Virus record (IMG/VR): IMGVR_UViG_3300010392_001176
Location: 1,815 to 65,814 of that record
Length of the DNA: 64,000 nt
Strand: one strand, 5' to 3'
From: a virus
Lineage: Duplodnaviria > Caudoviricetes
In this document: positions 57,072-64,000 of the stretch, piece after piece
How the letters are laid out: each line of letters starts with the position of its first letter
Numbering within the stretch: position 1 is the first letter of the stretch
Position numbers and translations under genes: made by a program
The notes under the pieces: generated by a model
What the model was told of the DNA's origin: nothing
The model's database searches: none
The model's input: the letters and a program-made list of their open reading frames with translations, nothing else

Positions 57072-58152
57072 GCTGCGCCTGCTTCTGATGCCTATTCTTG
57101 ACTAGAGATTGAGCCATACTTTCCAAATCTATATTTACATGCCCGATGTACTTTTCTGTAGTAGCTAGATGCTTATGCCGCAAGAATCTCTGAATAGCCT
57201 TGGCCGCGTGTCCATCCAAGGCTAACTTCGTGGCCACATGCCGCCTTAGAGAATGGTAGCCCAAAGGCGGGTCTATTCCTGCTTTCTTAGAGAGCTGGTA
57301 TATGAATTTATCACGCTTGACAAATTGTTCGCCGTAAGCGTTTCCGCGTCCACCACCATTGCCGCCAGTATGTGACAGGGAGTAGAAAACATAGGGTTTG
57401 TCCAGGGGCCGATTTGTTTTCCACCACACAAGCCAATTGTGCAGATCATCATTCATTGGTAGCCATTGGTATTCCATTCCTTTGCCGCCAGTTTTCATGG
57501 TTCCCAAGCGGTAAAGTCTTTGGTCCAGCCGAATGTCACGCTTCCAGGTCCAGCGATAAATCTCAGAGCGTCTTGCCGCTGTTCCCAGGTAGGCTTCTAG
57601 GATCGCTCGATCCTGACCTTTGGCTACCAACAGTAACCGATCAACTTCTTCTTTGGTGGGCGGTACTTGCTCTACAGTATTGTGTCCGAAAATTACACAG
57701 TCAACAAACGGGTTGCCTTCGAGTTTTCGGACCTTGTTCACATATTTATTAGAAAATGTGTTGAGGTGCGATCTCTCCTTATTCGCTCGATACTTGCTCT
57801 GTTCCTCTGATCTTTCTAAAAAGTATTGTTGTGTTAAGAAAGTATCAAGCTGTGACCACATAGGATTTGCCAATCCCTTTTCATGGTCAAGCCATTGCAA
57901 GAATCTCGCTATTGATCTGCGAATATCTAAATAATGAACCTTGCTGGATGCTGCCTTAACAATGTCTAGGTACTCGTCTGATAGGATCTCTAAGGCCATG
58001 TCTTGTGGCCCCTTCCCGTTCAGCCTTTCCTTTAGACGCTTTTCCCAAGTGTCGGCATCTCTTTGTAGGGTGAATTTTTTTCGTCGCTTTCCCGATGGGA
58101 AGCTCGGATGCCTTACTTGGCCCATGTAACCATCTGGTATTTTGTAGGCCAT
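57022..58152 (-). CDS. int: Tyrosine integrase
   Basis: Catalytic R (ARRSE), K (MKT), HSLRR, LRH, Y (TEKY); N-terminal arm-binding region. Confidence 0.9.
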   Translation of the reverse strand: MAYKIPDGYMGQVRHPSFPSGKRRKKFTLQRDADTWEKRLKERLNGKGPQDMALEILSDEYLDIVKAASSKVHYLDIRRSIARFLQWLDHEKGLANPMWSQLDTFLTQQYFLERSEEQSKYRANKERSHLNTFSNKYVNKVRKLEGNPFVDCVIFGHNTVEQVPPTKEEVDRLLLVAKGQDRAILEAYLGTAARRSEIYRWTWKRDIRLDQRLYRLGTMKTGGKGMEYQWLPMNDDLHNWLVWWKTNRPLDKPYVFYSLSHTGGNGGGRGNAYGEQFVKRDKFIYQLSKKAGIDPPLGYHSLRRHVATKLALDGHAAKAIQRFLRHKHLATTEKYIGHVNIDLESMAQSLVKNRHQKQAQRERVRSILVGEASPEM

Positions 58153-58306
58153 GTCGAATCCCCCTTTCTGTGAAGAACCAACGCCGTCCTACCTTACCGC
58201 CGCCCAACTGTTGAGCATGTTTTTGTACCCATCTTGTTGACATTCCAAACATTTTGGATACCCGCTCGGTAGATAAGAATACGCCGCTCGGTTCGGATTC
58301 ACTCAT
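57956..58306 (-). CDS. xis: Excisionase-like HTH protein
   Basis: FLSTERVSKMFGMSTRWV...KVGRRWFF winged-HTH pattern directly upstream of int. Confidence 0.7.
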   Translation of the reverse strand: MSESEPSGVFLSTERVSKMFGMSTRWVQKHAQQLGGGKVGRRWFFTERGIRHGLQNTRWLHGPSKASELPIGKATKKIHPTKRCRHLGKASKGKAEREGATRHGLRDPIRRVPRHC

Positions 58307-58389
58307 AGGGTACACTTCCACTTCAGAAATTGCAACAAAAAAATGTAATTAAAACAAATAGGTGGGGCAGGAACACGCCCCATTTTGGC

Positions 58390-58704
58390 CTAATAACCGG
58401 ATGATTCCATATCTTCTGCTGGATCTGTGGCTTCTGCTTGGCCCTGTGTGCTTGTCTCTGATTCAGGGACCATTTGACCAAGGCTCCGTGGGCGTTCAGG
58501 AGCACATTCGTCATAAGCCTTGTGGTGCTTGTTGTACTCTTCCTCAACGGCCTGGGGATCTCGAATGTACTCACCAAGATCAGCGATCATTTTCTCTGGA
58601 TCTGTGTAAGCAAAATTGGTACAGCCAACATTGACAATGTAGCCAGCATTGGCTGTTGTCCTAATCTCGATTGTCCTCATTGCGATTGATACGAATTCCA
58701 TCAT
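58390..58704 (-). CDS. Hypothetical protein
   Basis: AAGGAG RBS; ANAGYIVNVGC. Confidence 0.55.
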   Translation of the reverse strand: MMEFVSIAMRTIEIRTTANAGYIVNVGCTNFAYTDPEKMIADLGEYIRDPQAVEEEYNKHHKAYDECAPERPRSLGQMVPESETSTQGQAEATDPAEDMESSGY

Positions 58705-58898
58705 TTCTCCTTTTTGAATTTGTCTGCTTCTGGACAGGTAGCCCAATGTGGCATGTAGGTTTTCACCATGACCGCTGCGCCATCATCATCAAGCATGATT
58801 CTGTTTTCCCCTGGCACATCGGCAGGCATATTCTTTCCCCTTGGTGTCCTGAACCAATAGATTGGGGCTCTGCAGCCCGTACAGATAGATTCACGCAT
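58701..58898 (-). CDS. Small zinc-binding phage protein
   Basis: CTGC...GKNMP...HWATCP. Confidence 0.6.
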   Translation of the reverse strand: MRESICTGCRAPIYWFRTPRGKNMPADVPGENRIMLDDDGAAVMVKTYMPHWATCPEADKFKKEK

Positions 58899-59427
58899 AG
58901 TACATACTCCGCAAGTGGGGGCGGCCTTCGCTGGCCGCGATGTCAGCCAGGAATTTCGTTTCATCAAATTTTCTGAATCCACGAAAGGGCGGCATTCCCC
59001 AAATGATTGGCCAGGGCTCCGGCAAGACCTTCAATCCCCCCTGTACTTGAGGTTCGCTAGAGTAACTGGACAGCTCTTCAACTGTGGCCGTTGTGGTAGC
59101 ATACAGCCCCCCGCGCACAAGGAAGCCGCAACCTCTTTTTTCACTTTGAATATCTGTTGGATCTGAAACGTAGTAAACTTTGGAGCCGATGTCGTCCGGT
59201 AGGTCATTCGTCTGAATGCCGTAGATTGTTTCGATGGTGAAGTAAGCGAAGATCACAGGATTGACCTTGTGCTTCTGCTTGGTAACGCAGTAAATCTTGT
59301 CGCCCCAATCCATCATCCTGAGATCCCGCTGTGGAACGCGGCGACTCACTCCCATTTTATTGGCTTCATTAACGAAAGAGTTGATCGTGTAGTGAGTAGC
59401 GCCTATCCAATGAAGCCATACAGTCAT
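58891..59427 (-). CDS. Hypothetical protein
   Basis: 178-aa ORF with GGAG RBS. Confidence 0.6.
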   Translation of the reverse strand: MTVWLHWIGATHYTINSFVNEANKMGVSRRVPQRDLRMMDWGDKIYCVTKQKHKVNPVIFAYFTIETIYGIQTNDLPDDIGSKVYYVSDPTDIQSEKRGCGFLVRGGLYATTTATVEELSSYSSEPQVQGGLKVLPEPWPIIWGMPPFRGFRKFDETKFLADIAASEGRPHLRSMYYA

Positions 59428-59428
59428 T

Positions 59429-59698
59429 TTATCTCTCCAATATGGCCTGCAGCTCGTCCTGGCTGTAATCCTTGGAGCTCCATCTTTTAATCTTTGCTCT
59501 CAGCCTTTTCTGTGCAGCCTTTTCATATTCATGTAAGACCCTGATGAAATGCAGATAATCCCCCCCACCACGATATTCTGCTTTCGGCGGCTTTCGATAG
59601 CATTCATCGCACAGCGCGTAGCGTGTTGTTGGCCGTCTGCAGCGCCAACAATAGTGGGGGGAGTAGTGTTTGCGTCTGACTCGCTTACCTAGTCCCAT
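59429..59698 (-). CDS. Zinc-finger hypothetical protein
   Basis: CWRC...CDEC. Confidence 0.5.
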   Translation of the reverse strand: MGLGKRVRRKHYSPHYCWRCRRPTTRYALCDECYRKPPKAEYRGGGDYLHFIRVLHEYEKAAQKRLRAKIKRWSSKDYSQDELQAILER

Positions 59699-59715
59699 CG
59701 AATGATCCCATTCAG

Positions 59716-59895
59716 CTAATCATCGGTTTTTTCTGTGGGCCAATAACGCTGACCGCAACCTTCACACCGATACATACCAGGGGGATACGGGACTAAATCT
59801 GCCCTGGTACGTCCACACATCATGCAGCTAAAATCGTCAGTCCAATCATCCGGCTGCAGCGCCATTACTGGCCTTTCTAGGTTTTGCTGGCTCAT
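59716..59895 (-). CDS. Small zinc-ribbon protein (start uncertain)
   Basis: CMMC...CEGC. Confidence 0.4.
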   Translation of the reverse strand: MSQQNLERPVMALQPDDWTDDFSCMMCGRTRADLVPYPPGMYRCEGCGQRYWPTEKTDD

Positions 59896-60016
59896 GCTGG
59901 AATTCCCCGAAAATGACCTTTTTGACCTGATTTTAAATTTTTTAATAGCCCTAAAAGCCCGTCTAACGCGACTTCTCGGTGCTATTGATACCTGGCTATC
60001 CCCCAAATTCGGGCTT

Positions 60017-61408
60017 TTAGGCTTCCTGTGAAGCTCCGAATGCAGCCAGCTCTGTGTCAGGATCACTCGCAAAACAATGTGAAAAGTACCCTGTGTATCT
60101 GCCCATAATCATCCGGCTTGTGGTGATGGCCCAATCATGCCATTGCTTGAGCCCTATGTTGTAACCCTTCACGAATTTATCTATCTCCAAGGTCCGCTCG
60201 ATGCTGGCTAGATTCGGCATCCCTTCACCTTCAGACTCTTCCGGCTCAATGCCCTGGCCAAATTCTAAGGGCTCCTGCGCTTCCTCTTCTGGCGGTGCAG
60301 GCGGCATTTCCGGCGGCTGTTCCGGCGCATCAGGCATCGTGAGTGGTCCCGTTGGTTGTGGCGATGCAAATGATGGACGCGGCCACGGCACGCCCCAAAA
60401 CCTTTGATGTTTCTCATCGACCATTTTGAGTACAGGGCTCCCCTCTGGCTGTTTCGCCAGCGCGAGAATGTTTTCATCTTCGTTGAGGAATTTTTGGAAG
60501 CCACTCTTATGAAGCCCTTTAAACTGAGAGATCAACTGCCTATCTTCCGCCGACACACTTGGATCTTCTATTGGCGCTGGTGTCTCTACTGGCTTTGGAT
60601 CAGGCGGTCCCGCTGGCAGAGCTCCGTGTTTCTCGGCCAAATCATCCAATGCTGATTTCCCTGGTTCCTCTATGATCTCTCCGGTCTGCATATCAACACC
60701 GGAAATCACTTCGAGCTGCTGATCTATGCCTGCTTCAGCTCTCTCGTCCAGGCTCACGGCCAGTTGTAGCTCCTGGTCCACTACTGAGGATGGCAGATAT
60801 TTGACGCTGTGCCGGATTGCTGTCTTTAAAGCCATTGCATCGAAGTCTGTAATCCACGGCCCTGATCTGCCTGCTGGTGATCGACTTTGCACTTCTCGGA
60901 TCTGGCTCATTGACATCACTCGAAACTGAAAACCACCTGTCTTAAAGAAGGCAATGCAGTAACCAGCAATTTGCTCCCCGCGATCCTTCTTTTCAAAAGC
61001 GGGCTTGTGCATAATGTACGGGCTCGATCCATGCTCATAGTCAAATTGATCTTGGGCATAGACTATGTGGGCTTCAATATTTTTGAATTTGCCGGATCTC
61101 ATGGCCAAATCAATCAGGCCCATGTACCCAGGCACAAAAGTCACCTTCTTACCAAAAGGTACTAGGTGAGCCATGTTCCGAACACCGTCCGGCTCCAAGC
61201 CCAACTGAGCGCATGTTAGGACCGCTGACAATAGGCTCTGTGGGCTGCATTCAAGCAATCCTGGTGTCAGAGTTACTGAAGTCATTACGATTCGGCTGAA
61301 CCGTTCAACTCCAATCTGCTTCGGCAGCGCAGCTACCAGGGACTTAGAATTCTGGTGAAGTAGCTGCTTAACCGAAGTCACCTTCTCCTGTAATGTTAGT
61401 GCTTTCAT
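60017..61408 (-). CDS. recT: RecT-family single-strand annealing recombinase with long C-terminal extension
   Basis: CSPQSLLSAVLTCAQLGLEP, GYMGLIDLAMRSG, PWITDFDAMALKTAIR; ATGA overlap with yqaJ. Confidence 0.9.
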   Translation of the reverse strand: MKALTLQEKVTSVKQLLHQNSKSLVAALPKQIGVERFSRIVMTSVTLTPGLLECSPQSLLSAVLTCAQLGLEPDGVRNMAHLVPFGKKVTFVPGYMGLIDLAMRSGKFKNIEAHIVYAQDQFDYEHGSSPYIMHKPAFEKKDRGEQIAGYCIAFFKTGGFQFRVMSMSQIREVQSRSPAGRSGPWITDFDAMALKTAIRHSVKYLPSSVVDQELQLAVSLDERAEAGIDQQLEVISGVDMQTGEIIEEPGKSALDDLAEKHGALPAGPPDPKPVETPAPIEDPSVSAEDRQLISQFKGLHKSGFQKFLNEDENILALAKQPEGSPVLKMVDEKHQRFWGVPWPRPSFASPQPTGPLTMPDAPEQPPEMPPAPPEEEAQEPLEFGQGIEPEESEGEGMPNLASIERTLEIDKFVKGYNIGLKQWHDWAITTSRMIMGRYTGYFSHCFASDPDTELAAFGASQEA

Positions 61409-62313
61409 TTCGCCGCCTTTCTCCTGAGTGTTCTTACCGTTGTGGCATCTACCCAATACCCTTCTCTTTGGTGGGATTTCCAAATGTATGATGTTCCGTT
61501 GGGTAGCACTCCATAAGTGTTAAAACCCATTTCACTTTTGATCTGGTTCTCTAGCCCTGTCTTTTCCTTTTTAAGCTGCCGTTCCTGCGCTTTGAGCTCT
61601 TGTAATTGCTGATCCCAATGCAGGGCATCCCCTGGCAACGCAATTGATTCTCCGGTGTCCTGGCCATACACATGATGAAGGGCTTCCTTTGATGATTCAG
61701 AGTGATCGACAGGTGGGGGATCTTCGTCGCAGATTCGCTTCCAAAATTCGCCTTCTTTTTCAACAAGGATTTCCACAAAGCGGTCATTGCGATTTACGTC
61801 AACGATTAGACCCTTGTAGTCACCGAAGAACACAGCGAATGATCCCCACTTATAGCCCATGACTGACATCTCATGTTGGATCTGGACCTGATAATAAAGC
61901 GGTACTTCTTCCTGCCATTCTCCAAGCATCCCTGGTCCCGCCGTCTTGATCTGGACAACCCCAGGACCACGATCATCAAACTGTTCGATCAAGCGATCAA
62001 TGGTGCATTGCATGAACGGGTGTTCCTTGCTCTCGAAGATGGTATAGGGCTTTGGGCTGTAGAGTTTCCGGCCCGTTTCCCGCTCATAGTATGCGGCCAC
62101 GGCATCTTCAAGATCCAAGCCCCATTGCATACGCTCGGATGAATCCTGTTCGGGCATTAGATTGAGCTTACGGAGATACAAGGTCAACGGAGAAACCCAA
62201 GGACTGATGCCCAAAACGGCAGCGGCTTCTGAGCCGCCGATCCCCCGCTTGCGGGCATTCAGCCAAGTCTCTCTGTCACTATAGGAAGTGAAAGTAGATA
62301 AGGTAAGAATCAT
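61405..62313 (-). CDS. yqaJ: YqaJ-like viral recombination exonuclease
   Basis: WLNARKRGIGGSEAAAVLG, G..LE, TIDR, QIKT, YQVQIQHEM. Confidence 0.92.
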   Translation of the reverse strand: MILTLSTFTSYSDRETWLNARKRGIGGSEAAAVLGISPWVSPLTLYLRKLNLMPEQDSSERMQWGLDLEDAVAAYYERETGRKLYSPKPYTIFESKEHPFMQCTIDRLIEQFDDRGPGVVQIKTAGPGMLGEWQEEVPLYYQVQIQHEMSVMGYKWGSFAVFFGDYKGLIVDVNRNDRFVEILVEKEGEFWKRICDEDPPPVDHSESSKEALHHVYGQDTGESIALPGDALHWDQQLQELKAQERQLKKEKTGLENQIKSEMGFNTYGVLPNGTSYIWKSHQREGYWVDATTVRTLRRKAAK

Positions 62314-62687
62314 TTTCCAGCCATCCGCGCTCGATCTAAGCGTATGACTACACCTGATAGCATACCTATGTCAAGAAAAAAAACACGTTAAAATGGGCCA
62401 ACAAGTTGCCCACAAAACGGGTCGTTTTGAGAAAAAACCTGTGTGAAGTCAGTAAATTAACAGGTTGTCAACACTTTCTACAAATGGGGCAGTTCTGAGA
62501 TTAGGCTAAAGTATATCAACTACTTACCAAAAAAATGAATCATTCGTTAAAAAACTGCAAAAAAACTGATGTTGACACGGAAAACGATTTTAATGTCATC
62601 AAGATGATTTTGTTCTTGCATTGGGGAACGGGCTGTGTACACTTTCAGGATGCAGCCCACTACTTGAACAAGGGGAAAGATACACTT

Positions 62688-62933
62688 ATGTCTCTGAAGA
62701 ACGCGCCAATACCGAAGATGATTAAGATCCGTGCATTGGAAAACAACCTCACGCAAACCGACATCGCCCGCATCATCTCAACTCGGACAGGAAAGTACCT
62801 CTCGCCCAAGAGACTCAATGACATGATCCACGGCCTGAGAGCCGGAGAGTGGCAGACCTACCATTTGCACGTTGCAGACATCTTAGATTTCATACCACGA
62901 GAGATAAGGGACGTTTCCGCAAATCCTAAGTAG
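62688..62933 (+). CDS. Cro-like HTH regulator
   Basis: LTQTDIARII...LSPKRLNDMIHG; divergent from recombination operon. Confidence 0.6.
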   Translation: MSLKNAPIPKMIKIRALENNLTQTDIARIISTRTGKYLSPKRLNDMIHGLRAGEWQTYHLHVADILDFIPREIRDVSANPK

Positions 62934-62941
62934 AGGAAAAA

Positions 62942-63709
62942 ATGAAATGGTTCCGGCTTTGGCACGAGTGGGGCCACGACCCCAAGGTTCAGGCTATGCC
63001 AGAAGTCATGCAGCGCCGTCATGTGATGTTGCTTTGCCTTCGTCGCCAAGTTGATACTTCTCAGCTTTCCGATGAGGAAATTGCACACTATATGCGCCTT
63101 GACATGCAAGCCCTTAAAGAAACTAAGCAACTATTTGAAAAGAAAGGTTTTATTGATAATGGATGGGACGTACTTGCATGGGAAAAACGCAATCCAATAT
63201 CAGATAGTGCTGCAGATCGTATGCGTAAGTATAGGGAAAGAAAGAAGAAAAAAGAGAGTGACGTAACGGAAACGTCACGGAAACGTAACAGTTACGCTAT
63301 AGATAAGATAAGAATAGATAAAAAGAGTAGTGCATTTTTGAATCAACTTTGGTTGCATTATCCACGAAGGCAACATAAAAAGCAGGCGTTTTCAAAACTG
63401 CAAACATTACTCAAAAAAGGCACGGATCAAAATGAGCTTTTAAAAGCTACAAAGAATTACAAAAAAGCTATGGCTGGAAAAGAAAATCGGTACATTCAAT
63501 TAGCTTCAACATTTTTTGGTCCTAATGGAGCCTGGGAAGAATGGACTGAAGGATCGCCGGAAGGATTCAATGGAGTATTCAAGGGACCACCAGCCGAAGA
63601 TCCTCATGCAAACGTGAGATGCAAAAGGTGTCTCTCCTGGTGGTCAACAATGGAGCGCAATGAGGAAGGACTGTGTGAACGCTGTGCCGAAGCCGTATCT
63701 TCTGACTAA
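62942..63709 (+). CDS. Phage replication initiator (replisome organiser)
   Basis: MKWFRLW...DPKV N-terminus; DRMRKYRERK linker; LWLHYPRR...ASTFF C-domain. Confidence 0.8.
   Translation: MKWFRLWHEWGHDPKVQAMPEVMQRRHVMLLCLRRQVDTSQLSDEEIAHYMRLDMQALKETKQLFEKKGFIDNGWDVLAWEKRNPISDSAADRMRKYRERKKKKESDVTETSRKRNSYAIDKIRIDKKSSAFLNQLWLHYPRRQHKKQAFSKLQTLLKKGTDQNELLKATKNYKKAMAGKENRYIQLASTFFGPNGAWEEWTEGSPEGFNGVFKGPPAEDPHANVRCKRCLSWWSTMERNEEGLCERCAEAVSSD
63258..63330. repeat. Iteron-like repeats within initiator gene (candidate origin)
   Basis: ACGT(A/C)ACGGAA 11-nt repeats followed by purine/AT-rich AGATAAGATAAGAATAGATAAAA. Confidence 0.5.
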
Positions 63710-63716
63710 AGAACGA

Positions 63717-64000
63717 ATGAACAAGACTGAAAGAGCCTACGCGGATAGCCTGTACTCACTCCAACTAGCTGGTGAGATTCTGCAGTATGAATTTGAAGGG
63801 GTTAAGTTACGGCTGGCCCCAGGCTCTTTCTATACGCCGGATTTCTATGTGGTCACGCCGGAAAGGTTCGAGCTGCATGAAGTTAAAGGATTTTGGAGGG
63901 AAGCTGCTATGGTAAGGATAAAAGTAGCGGCGGCTAAGTATCCCCACTTCAAGTTTGTTGTAGTGACAATGGATAAGCCTAGCCGCCGCTCGATTGTGCG
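63717..64000 (+). CDS. DUF1064-like PD-(D/E)XK endonuclease, truncated by window end
   Basis: Read manually: MNKTERAY...FYTPDF...HEVKGFW. Confidence 0.75.
   Translation, partial: MNKTERAYADSLYSLQLAGEILQYEFEGVKLRLAPGSFYTPDFYVVTPERFELHEVKGFWREAAMVRIKVAAAKYPHFKFVVVTMDKPSRRSIV

Noticed and set aside
58372-58386. Partial self-match of decoded block 4 (14 of 15 nt) upstream of xis
   Set aside because: Covers only half of the 30-nt block and is low complexity; treated as chance unless a related phage shows a full match.

Overview
The window is most of a temperate, podovirus-like (P22/T7-type portal, adaptor, nozzle and ejection genes) dsDNA phage genome; no host genes are visible. Layout: (1) 194-7379, a leftward cluster of small early/accessory genes behind a consensus sigma70 promoter; (2) 7967-12456, rightward small basic proteins and a secreted Fn3-like protein; (3) 12456-23555, a 3699-aa poly-serine protein with globular adhesin-like domains, followed directly by a methyltransferase, four glycosyltransferase-like genes and a UDP-GlcNAc 2-epimerase (23593-28665); (4) 28958-51273, terminase, portal, scaffold, capsid, adaptor, nozzle and ejection proteins; (5) 51277-53142, lysis; (6) 53221-62313, a leftward arm with a candidate tRNA-Ser-type attP, integrase/Xis and RecT/YqaJ; (7) 62688-64000, Cro-like HTH, replication initiator and a truncated nuclease. 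The standout is at 55181-56374: a stand-alone RAMP (Cas7/Csm3-like) gene followed immediately by a 569-nt array of 93 C(A/G)NNN pentamers, cut into 14 blocks by 13 conserved 8-nt delimiters. Removing the two fixed bases from each pentamer gives recognisable natural sequences: an integrase HDLRHT codon run, the tRNA-Sec anticodon arm, a Shine-Dalgarno plus ATG, a boxA element and a terminator tail. This points to a non-contiguous RNA-guide code aimed at rival mobile elements. All calls were made by eye from motifs; no database searches were run.
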